From the NCBI GenBank assembly GCA_965178125.1, contig OZ237759.1, forward strand, positions 124,001-188,000: DNA of 64,000 nucleotides, given 5' to 3'. Made by a program: the position numbers and the translations under genes. Source of the stretch: Bilabrum cf. latius. Taxonomy: Eukaryota. Below the pieces are notes generated by a model, which searched no databases, was not told where the DNA came from, and saw nothing but the letters and a program-made list of their open reading frames with translations. Shown here piece after piece: positions 1-12,897 of the stretch; the stretch's first letter is position 1; each line of letters starts with the position of its first letter.

Positions 1-1632
1 CCCCGTGCCGGTTGCCTTGCCCCTGCCCAGCCTCTTCTCCGCGACCTGCTTGTCAGCCAGGAAGCACTGCACCAGCCCGTCCGCATGCACCGTGTACTGG
101 TCCTGCGGCCCGTTGAATATCGCCGAGTTGTTCCTCATCAGCCGCACGTCCGCCTCGAGGTGGTCAAAGTCGCGGTACCGGCCCTTTTTCACGCCCGCCA
201 TCAGAGTGGAGAGGTCCATCGGTCGCTTGACCACCTGCCGGTAACGATCGCACACAGCCGGCTGGTCCGCCACCAGCTCCAGCACTGGCCTGGAGAAGCT
301 CCCGTGGGTGTCCCGCTTCCTCATCGCCTCGATGGCCCGCTCCATGGCGGCCCTGAGCTTGGCGCCGGCAGAGTCGCTGCCACCTCCACCACTTCCTCCT
401 CCTCCTCCTCCCTCCGCCTCGGCCGCGCGCACCAGCTTGCCGAGCTGCAGCGCCGCCGCAGTGATGTGCTGCGCCTGCGGCTTGGGCCTGCTGGCCAGCT
501 GCTCCACGGCAATGGCCAGCCCGAGGCAGGGGTCCTCCTTGGCCGAGGAGGGGTGCCCCTTGTCCTGCAGGTACAGGGGCAGCCAGGCACGGGCCGCGGC
601 GTACACGGGGCTCCTGGTGGCCTCCCACGCCTCGACCAGCACCTGGAGAACAGCCGCCAGGAGGGCGGGGTGCTCGGTTGCAACCGGCAGCAGCGGCTTG
701 AGCAGCGTGTCGCGCTCGCGAGGAGCACGGGCCGCGGCTCGTCGAGAGGCGGCCTGCGCGGCTGCAGTAGAAGCCCTGCGGCGAGGTGGAGGGACATAGA
801 GGGGGTGTGGCGGCGATGCGGTTGCTCGTGTGGGTGAGGGGTTGGGAGACGGAGGGGACTGCAACCAGCGCGGCGCGGCATGGGCAGCTGTGGACGGCAC
901 TCGCGGTGCAGGTGCTCACTGCGTGACGAGGTGCTCCTGATAAAAGGAGCCCAATGACTGCACCAATTTAGGGGTGCAGAGAGCCGGTTTCAACGCCTCC
1001 CCCACGATGCGGCGCACCGCGTCCGGGTGGGCGAGGAGCAGCCTCCTCCGGGCCAGGGGCGGGAGCTTCGCGAGAAGGTCTGAGCGCTTTGAGATGGCCT
1101 TTTGTAGGGAGCTGGGGAGAGAGTCAGTGGCAGTCAGCGGCGCTGAAGGCGGCAGCAATCGTTGCAGCAGCGCCCGCTCGGCCTGAATAGCTCGAGGCAG
1201 TCGCAGAGGCAACAGATATAGCAGCAGGGACATCACCACGGGCTCCTCTAGCGATGCCGCCTCTCTCTCAATAAATTTTGAGCATTCCGACGCGACCCCA
1301 GCCATAGCACGCTGGGCATCAATGCCAGCGTATGCCAGCAAGGGGACGCCGTCCGCCATGACTGGTCGTCTCGGCAACACGATCGGACCTGCTCTTTCTG
1401 CCAGTGCTCTCGGGCCTTCGCGCTGCACTATAGATCGAACATTTTCAAACAGACGCCTTCCCGCCAGAACCCCAGCCGGTGGGGCGCTGGGATCCACGGG
1501 CGGCTGTGGCACTCTCCGGACCTTTAGTTGTGAGGCATTAGAGGCCCTACCCGCCTTGCTTGTTTCCGAAGCAGCCGGCTTGGGGGGAACAGACCCCCCG
1601 GTCGCGTCCTGCGCAGCCCGGGGGGCCGCCAT
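1..1632 (-). CDS. Bromodomain-containing protein with a possible NELF-B/COBRA1-like N-terminus; one intron (~777-919); 3' end runs off the window
   Basis: Exon 1 is the ORF at 916-1632, with a GTGAG donor near 919 and a GCAG acceptor near 777. The downstream frame reads YRQVVKRPMDLSTL..KKGRY..ADVRLMRNNSAIFNG, a bromodomain signature. Confidence 0.7.
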
Positions 1633-1791
1633 TACGACGGCGGTCCGAGAAGCAGGGCGTGTTTAGCGGATTTGGGCATCGCCAACTTTGACTTCTATAG
1701 CGTGCAGTTTGGGATGAAATCGGATCAACCATTCGGAGCAGAAATAAACCGTTCTCTCGATTGCACTTCTTTCCAGGCAAGTATCACGCCA

Positions 1792-4035
1792 ATGCAGGCT
1801 CTTGCGGCAGCTGAATCAGCTGTACTTTCGCCAGAGGATGCAGACAGCTGCACATGCTGCACATGTAGCTTGAAATTTCCCAGCCATGACGAGGTACGGG
1901 CGCACTACCAAACAGAGTTGCACAAGTTTAACTCGAAGCGTCGTGGCGTGGGATAGCCACCGGTTACTGGGTAGGTCTTTGAAACGGCAAGACGGGCCGC
2001 ACTGGCGCGCGCTGCGGCATAGCGAGCCGTGCAAGAAGGTGCAACGAGGGATGAAGCGGCCGAAGCCGCGAAACTGGCAGCGAAGAAAGGCGCCCTGGCA
2101 CCCGTGCAGAAAGTGTTGGCGCCAGATGGCACCATGGTAGTTCCTGCTGGTCGCCGATGGCACTGTGAGCTGACTGGCAAGTCGTTTGCTTCAAGGCAGC
2201 AGTATGAGAATCACCTGAAGAGCCGAAAATACCGCGACGCCGCCCGTGCCGCTGCCCAGCTGCGCCAGCGAGCGGCTGCCGACCGTGCCATCGAGGGTGG
2301 AGACGCGGCGGCGGCGGTGGCAACCGCTAGCGGCTCGAGCACCTAGGCCACCGGCCCGTCCACTGCGCTCTCGCTGCTTGGGCCTAGCGCCAAGGCGACC
2401 GGACTGGGCTCTGCGGAGGCTCCTCTCGTGCCGGAGCCGCCGCGCATCCAGGTGCTGGCAGAGTCGCGGGCGGATGCCAGGCGCCGCGCCCGGGGACTTC
2501 CGGTGGGCCCCGAGGCCACTGCGTCGGGCGAGTCAGGGGAGGATCGCGAAGATTCCGTGCAAGGCGATGAGGATGAGGGGCCGGTGGAGGGGGAGGAGGA
2601 GGAGCTGTCGCTGCCTCCCGAGCTGGAGGGTATGACGGTGGAGAGCCATTGCATGTTCGACCTGCAGCCCGTGTACGGGGGGCTGCAGGGGCACCTCAAG
2701 CGGGCCCGCGAGAGGTATGGATTCCGGGTCCCCGACGCGAAGTGGCTGTCTGACCTGCCTGGCCTGGTGGAGTACTGCATGAGCAAGGCCCTGGTGGGGC
2801 GCAGGTGCCTCTACTGCGACCGGCAGTTCCACGAGTACCGGGCTTGCCTGTAGCACATGAGAGCCTCGAACCATTGCAGGCTGCCCGTGGACAAGCAGGA
2901 TGATGCGGGCATGGACGAGTACGCAGAGTTCTACGACTACGAGCAGGAGGACCCCGAGAGGGTGCGGGCCAGGCTAGAGAGGCGCGCGGGGAGGGCGGGC
3001 AGGGGGGTGGTGCTTCCCGACGTGCTGCGGCTCAAGTTCATGGGGGCGGAGGAGAGGTTGCAGGCCCTGGCTGCCATGCCCAAGGCCGTTCGGGACGCGG
3101 AGGCAGCTGGGAAGGGGAAGGGGAAGCTCACGCTGCTAGGGAGCGCAGGGGACAGCGTGCGGGCGGGTGACCCTGCTAGGGGAGCGAAAGAGGGGGAGGA
3201 TAGTTCAAAGGCGTCGTCTGCGGGGCGGGCAGGTGATTCCAGTGCCGCGGCAGGAGGGGCGGCAGCAGCTGCTGAGGGCGAGGCCGAGGCCGAGGGCGTC
3301 TTGTCTCTGCCCCCGGGCGAGGCCGAGGCTGCATGGATGTACGACTCAGACTCGGAGGGCGAGGGTCCCCCCGAGTTCGATGTGGAGCTGCTGGACACGG
3401 GAGAGCTGATGCTGCCGTCGGGCCGCGTGGCAGGGAACAAGGAGCACCTGGACGTGTACCGCAAGCGAGCACGGCACGGGGGCAGGTTGGACGCCCGCGC
3501 CAGGCAGATGCCCATCGTGGAGGCGCACGCCCGCACCCTGACGAGGATCGGTTTCGCGCGGGCGGACGCAGCGGCAGCCGCGCGTCAGTTTGCGCGAGAG
3601 GGGCGCGAGTCCCGGCGGGGCCTGGAGCAGGACGGCGAGGATGTGGCGGAGGAGGGAAAAGGGGCCGAGAGGGGGGGCAAGACTCGGGTGTCCTCGCGCG
3701 GGTCCGCTGCAGCCGCGGTGGATGAGGACGAGGTGGCCCGGGGGATGGCCCTGCTGCGGTCCTACCAGCAGGTGGGCGGGAGCGCTGTGGATGTGGACGG
3801 GATGCCCATGGCGGTGCGCATGCGGGGGCGGGGGACGGACAGCAGCGCGCTGGCCAAGTCCTCGGGCAGGGGGCTGGCGGCGCTGCGGAGGAGAGACCCC
3901 ACGGTGCGGCAGGCAGAGGGGCAGCGCACCCGCGCGATGGCCCGGAGGGGGAGGGACATGCTCAAGACTGGCATGACGCACAACGTGATGCAGGGCAGGT
4001 ACTTCCGGTCCCAGGTGGTGCAGTACGAGATGTGA
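1792..4035 (+). CDS. ZNF622: Pre-60S ribosome maturation zinc-finger protein (ZNF622/Rei1 family), read through 4 TAG codons
   Basis: CCTC..RAHYQTELHKFNSKRR, CELTGKSF..YENHLKSRK and CLYCDRQF..HMRASNHC zinc fingers lie in one frame joined across TAGs at 1954, 1972, 2344 and 2851; ends at TGA. Confidence 0.85.
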
Positions 4036-4144
4036 TGTGAGCTGAAGGATAGCTATGAAGTGATCGCGTCATTGCATTCAAGGGTAGAACTTGGTGGTGC
4101 GAAGGCAATGCAGCGGAGAAACTGGATCCAATCCCATCCGATGA

Positions 4145-4837
4145 TCACTGCCCGAACGTCTCCCCGCCACCCTGCAGGAAGTCCTCCTCCTAGGGTGTGC
4201 TCTTCCTGCCAAGCACTTCGTTGCGATGGGGATACCGGCCAAACTGTTCCAGCAGCTTCGTGTGCTTGTCGAGAAACGCGACAAGCATTGAATCCTCTCC
4301 TCCTGTGTGTTTCACCAAATCCAGCGTCAGGAATGCCTCTCGCATGATCTTGTGGTGGGCGATGTCCTCGGAGTGCTCGAGAGGCATCAGCGCAAATGCA
4401 GGCTACATTCCAGGTGACTGGTGCCACCAGCCCTTTCCAAGCCCGTCCAAGGCTACACGCAAAGCACGTGAATCTCCATCAAATGCCTTTGCTTGCTTCC
4501 TGTACGAGTTCCGCGTGAATTGATCGAGCATGATGATAAGTGCCAGGGCAGATTCTCTATCGGCTTCCCAATCTTCCAGGTAGTTACTTCCTGTACCAGG
4601 GTCCAGCAGCTTCTCGACAGCCTCGCCGAATCTCGCTCTGATCTAGTCGTCCGTCTCGGGTCCGCCCTAGAACCACATTTTCTTCATCTCGTACGAATTG
4701 GAATTGTAGTCGTCGCCGAACCAAAACCGAAGGACCTCCTATGGCTATACGTCCTCGGCTTCGGTGCTGAGCGCGGACGACGCCACAGACGCGCACGATG
4801 CAACTGTTCCAGCGGCAGTGAAGCAACTCCACTGCAT
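4145..4837 (-). CDS. DUF924 family protein (TAG read-through)
   Basis: EVLRFWF, WF(TAG)GG, LDQFTRN, MPLEHSED and FGRYPHRNEVLGRKSTP motifs in one frame ending at TGA; start codon uncertain. Confidence 0.8.
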
Positions 4838-5116
4838 TCGTCTGTATCGGACAAACCCACTCGCAGATCGCACAATTGTTTTGCTTCGCTGGTGTAGACG
4901 TCTCCAACGCTGCATATCGCAAATCAGCTGTAGCTCGCTCTAAATTTTGCGGTGGGTCTTGCCGACGTGTCTGTGGTAACAGACTGAAGTTACTAACAGT
5001 GTGGTTCGTTCGCCGAGTTCGTTCGGGTTCGCTCTGCAGACAAGCAATCCAACCCTGCAATAGGCGGCCATCTCTGTGCCCACTCAATCCGTGTAAAGGG
5101 ATTGCCAGGGTAACAT

Positions 5117-6379
5117 TCACGTCGAAGTGCCTCGTCCACTGGCCGGTGGCACGAATCGCACGGTGAGCGACACCCTGGCCCCTCTCTCGACCACATCCCC
5201 GGGCTTGCACCCAGCTTCCTCGCAGTTGGCGCACGGCCCGTCCAGGGACAGGGACAGGGACTCATCGTCGCCACCATCGCCGCGGCTTGCTGCTGCCCCT
5301 GGTCCGCTTGATGCACCACTTGTTTCCCCGTCTTCATCTACTTTCTCTCCTACACTGGCACCTGTCCCCGCCTGCCAGTGACCGGGCACAGTCTCGCTGA
5401 CCAGCGCCCGTATCCCGTGCAGCATGCCAGAGTACACGTGACCGGAGAAGACGAGCAGGGAACGGGGCCGCAACACCAGGCAGAACGACTCTGCCCTCTC
5501 CCTCGCCCTGTGCTCCGCCGTGCCCACCAGCCCGGGGGCTACTCGGGGAACAAACCGCATGATGGCGCTGCTGCCCAGCGACAGGATGGCCACTGCGGGG
5601 CGGTAGGCGGGCCCGTCCGAGTGCGGGAGGATGCCTTCCCCGGAGCGGTACTCGTTCACCAGCACGTGGTTGGGCACAGGACCCAGGCTTGCCACTGGCG
5701 ATGCTGCACGCGAGCCACTGCCACTGCCACTGCCACTGCCACTGGCACTGGCACCTCCCTGGCCCGTGGCATCGATGGAACTCGCTAGGCTACTGGAAGC
5801 AGCGGCGGCGCTGCTCGCCAGTGCCGGAACAGGGTGGGGTATGCCGGATAAATCAGTGCTATTATCCATGAATTTTCGATCTGGTGATGCACTTGCAACC
5901 TTGCAGCTTGGCTGTAGCACTCGCATTGCCCCGGCAGAATGCACCGCTCTCGCGACAGGCCGCAGCCACGAGGGCAGAGGCTCCTGCTCGCACAGGCCAA
6001 CGTCGCGCACCATGCCACCCCAATTTTGCAATTTCCTAGTTTTCAGTGTTACCCAACGCCGAGACGCGGTGTACTGCGGGTGTCTAGCAGCGCGCAACAG
6101 GCAAGTCTCGTCATCTTCGGACAAGGCGTCTGGAACGTACCACAGGCAGCCAAGCGCTTTCGGAGGAACCTGACTGAGTCGGCACATGTCAAGCGATGCA
6201 CATGATCCCGGAAACAGCGACATAGAGGGCCCAGGAACCTCCAGCCGTTCGTACGACGCATCAGGCCCAGTTGAAACAACGCGCTTGGTGCCCGTGCCGG
6301 ATGCACCTGCGGCTCCAACCCCTCTTTTGCCAGCGAGCAACTTTGCCTTTTCTGCTTCAAACATCTTTTTTAAATCCAT
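5117..6379 (-). CDS. ALKBH6: AlkB-family 2OG-Fe(II) dioxygenase (ALKBH6-like)
   Basis: RKLQNWGG, PNHVLVNEY..GILPHSDGPAY (HxD), MLHGI and RVSLTVR motifs. Confidence 0.85.
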   Translation of the reverse strand: MDLKKMFEAEKAKLLAGKRGVGAAGASGTGTKRVVSTGPDASYERLEVPGPSMSLFPGSCASLDMCRLSQVPPKALGCLWYVPDALSEDDETCLLRAARHPQYTASRRWVTLKTRKLQNWGGMVRDVGLCEQEPLPSWLRPVARAVHSAGAMRVLQPSCKVASASPDRKFMDNSTDLSGIPHPVPALASSAAAASSSLASSIDATGQGGASASGSGSGSGSGSRAASPVASLGPVPNHVLVNEYRSGEGILPHSDGPAYRPAVAILSLGSSAIMRFVPRVAPGLVGTAEHRARERAESFCLVLRPRSLLVFSGHVYSGMLHGIRALVSETVPGHWQAGTGASVGEKVDEDGETSGASSGPGAAASRGDGGDDESLSLSLDGPCANCEEAGCKPGDVVERGARVSLTVRFVPPASGRGTST

Positions 6380-6626
6380 AATCCGCGAGGCTTGCTAAAG
6401 GCTCAATGACTTCGGTGACCGGCTGTACTAGTAGCACACTGGCAGGCCAAGGTGATGACGACTGGCAGTTGCAGTTCGGCACGGGTGCTCTGCAGCTTTC
6501 AGTGCGTAAGATTCGATTATGTATCCATGCAAAGTATGCGGGCGTGTACTGTAGAAATCTATGTGGCATGGACCTTCGTCTCGGCAAAAGCATTCTTTGG
6601 CTCAAATGGGCTCACAATTCGGTGCG

Positions 6627-8935
6627 ATGCTCGTCCGGCTCTCATAGCCGCCAAGGTTCGCTCGAATCGACAATTTGTTAGCAAACGATGGCTTCATTGG
6701 GCACAAAAAGTTCGCAAGGCGCTTCTTGCGCGATCACCAAGTGGTTGGTGTCGACAGAAAAGGTCGAAAGCGTGAGAGCATACAATTCCTCGGCACTTTC
6801 GGCATCGCTCGTGCTACGGTGGCGTCTTTCAAATCATATGGCCGCGATTTATGCCACAGAATTACACTGCAGGTAGAATGACAAGCCGAAATGACTCGGT
6901 TGATCCCCTCACGGTTCAGGTCAATGGCGAAAAGCTGCAGCAGGCCGTGCCGCTGCACGCGGTGCTGCACAAGCCCCCAGGCCTTCTCGTGACGGCTGCT
7001 ACCAACGAGGGCCCCACTGTGTTTGACATTCTTCCGGACTAGTGGCGCTACCGCACTCCGCCGCTGCACGCGATCGGCCGGTTGGACCGGATGACATCTG
7101 GGCTGCTTCTGCTCACCCAGAGCGGGGAGCTCACAGAGAGGCTGCTGTCCGAGCGACGGCGGGTGAGGCGCGTGTACGTGTGCCGCCTGCAGCGCCCCAT
7201 AGCACCTGGTGGCGCCGAGGTGGGCGCATTTGCGAGCGGAGCCCTGGAGCTGGTGGATGGGCACGTCTGCCGGCCGGCCAGGCTGGAGGTGCACCCTGAT
7301 GACCCGCACCTGGCGCGGGTGACTGTGTGGGAGGGCAGGTACCACCAAATCAGGCGCATGTTCGCGGCGGTGGGCAATCGCGTGCTGCAGCTGCGCAGGG
7401 TCCGGTTCGGGGAGCTGTCGCTGGACGGCTTGGGGCTGCGGGAGGGCGAGGCCAGGGCGCTAACTGCGAGCGAGCTGTACGCGCTGCTCCTGTCCACCGA
7501 GAGGAGGAGAAGCAACCCAAGACTGCTGCGGCAGCTGGCGGCCATGGAGGATGCAGGGGCGCTGGGATCTACGGGGACGGTGCAGGCGCTGGGGACAGGC
7601 ACGGAGGACGCGGGTGCCGCGCAACTGGCCGCAGCAGCTCTGCTGCAGGAGCAGGGACAGGGGCATGGAGACCGGAATGAGGATCATGGTGCATCGGTGC
7701 ATGCACTGGCGGCTGGCTTGCTGGGCTCCTCCGCGAACGAGGCGGGTAGAGTTGGCCTGGAGCAGTCCTCTGGGGCTCTGGCGGTGCGTGAGGGCGTTGG
7801 GTCTGGGGCTCTGGCGGACTAGTCCGTGGGCCATGGGCAGGACACGGAGGGCGACAGCAAGGCAGTACTCGGGGCTGGCGTGGTGCTTCCTAGGTTCCAG
7901 AGACAGACACGCACGAGACAGGCGAGTCAGGCGCTCGCAGGGCGGCAAGGCAGAGCCGGGGCATCCCCTGGTGACAGCGACAGCGAGGTTGAAATGAAGG
8001 GTGCGTCCGAGGCCGAGCGGGACAGCGACGGGGGGCATGGCAGCGATCGCAGCAGACAGGAGGGTATGGGGGTCGCAACAGGGCCGGGGTCTCCCATGCG
8101 CCAGTACCTCGTGGACTAGGGGGCATTGCCTGATGGTGCCCAGGTCCTGGGCGAGGACGAGTTGGCGGAGGTGCTGCGGTCCCGAGCCGAGCACCGGGAG
8201 GAGAGTCTGCTTGAGGGGGATGAGGTCGTGCAGGGGAGCGAGGAGCTGCTCTGGGAGCTGTAGCTTCTGGCGGCGAAAAGAGCGGATAAAGTGAGTGGCA
8301 CGACGCGGGGCAGGAAACGAACGAGGAGAGGACAGCAGATGCAGCGCGGCTCAGGCATGTCCGAGATGGGCGCAGGAGCTCACCATGGTGCACGTTCCGA
8401 CGATGTTGCGGCTGGTATTCTGCAGGGTGCATGGACCAATGACGACTCCACGGATTTGGGTGGAAGTGACATGGAGGATAGTGATAAGGAGGGCTTCGGG
8501 AGGGATGGGAATGTCATTGGTCACGATGAGTCGTGGGGCAGCTTGGGAGCAATGCATGGGGGCGGTGACCTGGGGGCCGCACATGGGAGACGCAGGGGGG
8601 ATGCTCCGGTGGGGCTTGCTTCCATTCAGATGGATCGGCAGAGGGGTGTCTTGCTCAGTGAGGATGAATCGGAGGGCCAGCCGGCACTTGAGCATCATGG
8701 ACGGCAGGACAGTACAGTCGTCGGAGACCCTAGCTCCGCGGAATCCTGGCAGGAGATGGCCGACGTGCATGGTAGTGAACACGAGAGTGCAACAAGCTCA
8801 CCGGACCTCTCGGATGATCTGACCGACTACTCCGACTATGGACCTGTCGAGGAGGTTCCAGAGTCTGTTAGACGAAGGATGGTTGGCGGCAGGTCGGGGC
8901 AGAAAGACCTCTACGGCTCTCAAGGACGCATGTGA
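6627..8935 (+). CDS. RsuA/RluB-family pseudouridine synthase with a long acidic low-complexity tail; intron ~6772-6872
   Basis: S4-like RIDNLLANDG, HKPPG, catalytic IGRLDRMTSGLLLLT and EGRYHQIRRMF. The frame continues through several TAGs (7040, 7820, 8117, 8260) to TGA at 8935. Confidence 0.75.
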
Positions 8936-9042
8936 GACCTCCACAATCCATATTGCATCGCTATCGTTTGATAGGTTATAATACACGGGTATACCCCTCC
9001 GTATAGACAGGATCCGGGATATTTTGCTGCAGAAGGTCGGAT

Positions 9043-11196
9043 TTATTTTATGGGTGGACATGCCAGCTCCCACACTTCAACCCAGGCACTGCTCTCCTCG
9101 TCGTTGGCTGGATCTCCCGACCACACTGCAGAGCCCAAGTTGTGAGGAAATCTTGCACTCCGTACCAATCCGCGGGACTGCAACCAATGCTTTCCAGCGC
9201 CTCCTCGCCCTTCCACGAACGACTCAAAGACAAGCACGTGCGTCGGTCTCGCAGCCATCACGAGAGCCCCACCTCTTGTGCCGCCATCCACGGAGATTGA
9301 ATTGCAGGACGGCAGCAGACCCGCGGGCTGTGAGAGCTGGCGCTCGTCAAGGGCGAACTAGCTATTGCCGTTGGCCGGTATTACGGACGGCGGCATTCCA
9401 TCGACTGGCACCAGGCCCTGTAGCCTTGCAGCTTCGCGCAGCATCACTGACCGAGGCATGCCTGAGCATCGCCCCACCTCCCACGCATCCAAAGCGGCCA
9501 CACCATCCCGCACAAAGGCCTCCGACAGGCTCTTCGTATCCAACCGTGCCTCTGGTCGACAGTCCAAGTACGCAGCCGGGACAGGAATGTGCAGCACCGA
9601 GTACATTGGGGCGCAATGGCACCCACATAAATAGAGCACCGAGGCCACGGGGGCGACACTCGCAGGCTCGTGGCCACTGGCTTCGCTTGGAAGCCGCCAC
9701 CGACCTTCCTTGACACCGCTCGATATGCGGGCAGATATGTGCTGCACTGCCGCGACTGGTCCCCGCTAGTGCAGCTGGCCAAGTGTAAGGAACATTACGC
9801 AGTTGATAAACGCACCGAGACCCAAGATACACGCCGCTGCCACTGCGTAGCTCTCCCGCGCGCCCTCGCGGCGCTGCTACCTCCGGCCTACACGCGGCTC
9901 GCAGGCTTTGCACAGACCTTCCGCTGCAGCCTGTACTCCGTGTCCGATACAAGGCATGAAGAACGGAACTAACGGCAGGAGAAATCTGTGCTCCTTGTGT
10001 GCGCCGAACGAAAATACAGCCACTGACAAGAGGCCAACCACGAGCAGCACAAGCCCCTCGCTTGAGGCACACCGCCACAGCAGCTCCATGCAGCCGGCAC
10101 GCCGGCCACCGGCCGAATGCCTCCGCCACAAAGCCCACACGCCAATTGGAAGCGCGAGAACAGCCGGTCCAAGCACCGGGGGCAGCCCCTGCAGCCAGTA
10201 CCAGGCGGGCCCGTGCTCCCCGTACAGCCTCCCCAGGCCCCGAACCATGTTGAACGAAATGAAGTTCCACAGTGGCAAAGGAAGGGCTTCAAGGGACTCA
10301 TCTTCCCTATTATAATCATCAGGCAGCGCTATCGACGCGTTTGCGCCGGCCTACATTCGGGCAGCCGGGGACGAGGCCGGGGCCAGCGCAGCGTGCAGCA
10401 CCGTCTCGGCTGCGGCCAGACCGAGCATGCCCACAGCGAGCCATGGTAGGACGTCTGCCAGCAAGAAAGACAGCGATCGATGCAGGCCGTGCTGCATCCC
10501 AATGCGGACCACAAGCAAGAGCCCCAGGAGTCCGATGGGCACCGCAGCCGTGGGTCGAATCCAGCACGCCAGGCACGCCAGCACCAGCACAAGCGGGAAC
10601 GGCAGGCGGTTGCTCGACGCTGTGGTGCGGCTCAAAGACAGCGCGGGCCAATGAGCAGCGCAGGCCGTCACCAAAGCCAGTTCAATCGAATTGGAGAACG
10701 GCCTCAGCCCTGCAAAGCCAACGAACCAGCACGTCAACCAGGCAGTCCACGCATGCCGATACGCTGAGCCGGGCACTGGGCGACCCCGCTTGAGCAGCTT
10801 GTCAACTTGCAAGTCTGTCCCCGTCATCAGCACAGCATGGACGATTTTTGGAATACATTGAATAACGTAGGGAGAATCTACCCCCTGCGTCGGACATGGG
10901 AAAGGAAGGCGGAGTGCGAGCACCGTGCATCAACAAGTCTGCGTGCCACTTCATACCAAGCAGACTCTCCTCACCAACAATCGAGCGATAAAAAAGAAAG
11001 GTACATATATAATGGGGTGCAGCCAGCTGCGGATTCGAGCATGGGGCTACCATTCCCAGGTTAGTTCTCCATTTCCAAACACAACCGAGTGCGCAACTTC
11101 AGGACCTTGCCAGAATTCATCTGGGTTGAAATGAGACCAGATTGCAAGAGACATGACACATCGAAGCATTAATAATATAATTCCGTAGTTCTTCAT
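9043..11196 (-). CDS. PIGB: GPI mannosyltransferase III (PIG-B); at least one intron near 10885-11050
   Basis: FNPDEFWQGPEVAH..GELTWEW, RPFSNSIE, IRPT, HKEHRFLLP, H(TAG)RG and CHCAPMYS motifs; ends at TAA. Confidence 0.85.
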
Positions 11197-11387
11197 GGTA
11201 CCTGTAGCGAGTATTGCCGCGCGCTCGGGACTCGACAGCAACGGCCCGGGACCGATGGCGGAACCGCCGGCGAGTTCGCGGCGACTTTCCTTTCTTTGGC
11301 TATTGTTGCTCTATTCCGGCCAGTTTTTCTGGCAAATAGCGGTCGAGAGCTCAAAACATCTTTCGCGCTCAGGCATTGCAATTTGAG

Positions 11388-12726
11388 ATGAAGTCAGCCG
11401 CCATCCTGTTCATTGCGGCAGCGGTCCGTGCATCGACCAACTATTGCACAAGCGGAGGGACTGGAGGGTGTGGGATCCCTCAAGATCCTAAATGGGACAG
11501 GTGAGAATACCATGCATGCATGCACATGCAGCTGTCGCCGGATTGGGAGCCTCAGGCAACCGATGATCGCAACTTGCAGTGACGTCGAACGGTGAGGTAT
11601 ATTGACGCGCAGGTGGGACATGGCTGGCTCAACGTACGCGTACTGCTTTCGGGGGTGCCCCATGGAAACTATCATTCAGAACAGAACTCGCTTGGGGCTG
11701 CAGGGCTTCGCCGGTGTGGTTGGTGTGGATCATTACTACACGAAGCAAGGCATGCCGTGCGTGGACGGCAAGCCTCGGGAGTTTGAGATGTAGCAGGAGC
11801 TCGCGCAGCAGTGGAAGGGCATGTTTCCTGAAATGCGGTTTATGACGTACCGCATCCTGTCGGCTGTGCCGTACACGATGGTGGTGCAGGACAAGATCGA
11901 ATCGGACCCGGATTTCTTCGTGCGCTGGCAGCACCAGGCAGGGAGCGCAGAGCCAGGCAACGGATCTGTCTGCTACAACTACGTCTCTGCGTGCTTCAAC
12001 GACCCGACCCGCATCAACGACCCGGCGCACAACTGCTCCTTCGAGATCAGAGCAGCGGCCTACAACTGGGCCAGGCGGGACTCGGCGGTCCGCGACTGGT
12101 TCGTGGAGAGCATCATCGCGCCGGCACTGGACTACGCAGACGGTGTCTGGCTGGACGGGATTGGGCCCGACAACGGGGCCTACATGTGCGCGGGCGTGTG
12201 CTGCGGGTACGGGCCGGACAACTCCCCGCACAACCTGTCGGAGATCCACGCCCAGTGCGACGGGATGGAAGCGGCTGGCACTGCCACGCAGCAGTACCTC
12301 CTCCAGCACGGTGGCTACGAGATGATGATGTGCTCCTCGTACAGAGGCAGCTCCCAGATGCCCTCCAAGGGAGACAGCCCCGGGCAGTGCGCCGGCAAGC
12401 TCAAGGAGCAGGCGGCTTGGGCCTCGGACCATTCCAACTACAACATGGCGGTGGCCTATGGGTCCCGGACGGGGGGCAGCGACGGTTATGACGATGACTC
12501 TGTTGACGGGGCAGTGGCGGCCTTCTTGCTGGTGAGGCAGAAGCACTGGCTGTTCTCGCTCGGCTCGAACCCAGGCGAGAAGACCGCCCAGCTGATCGTG
12601 TCAGACTACGGTGCGCCGCTGGGCAACATGACTCAGGTGAGCGACACCGTGTTCCAGCGCGAGTTCGAGCAGGCGACGGTGCAGCTGGACTGCAGCACCT
12701 TCAAAGGAACCTTTACCCCTAAATAA
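11388..12726 (+). CDS. Secreted putative glycoside hydrolase (GHL15-like); intron ~11500-11612
   Basis: Signal-like MKSAAILFIAAAV, DGVWLD and C-terminal YGAPLG..VFQREFEQATVQLDC; one in-frame TAG at 11791; ends at TAA. Confidence 0.55.
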
Positions 12727-12897
12727 TGATCCTGGATATGAGTTTGTTGATTCCGACTGGAAGCAAGGCGATCTCTGGCCAGGTCGGCAGCCTGCGAGAG
12801 GTTCGGCGCGAACTTGTGAAGGTTCGTCGCGATCTAGCTGTTCGCGCGCGACTTCCAATGCGGCACTATTGCGTGGGTTCCAAGGGGAGTTTGGAAT

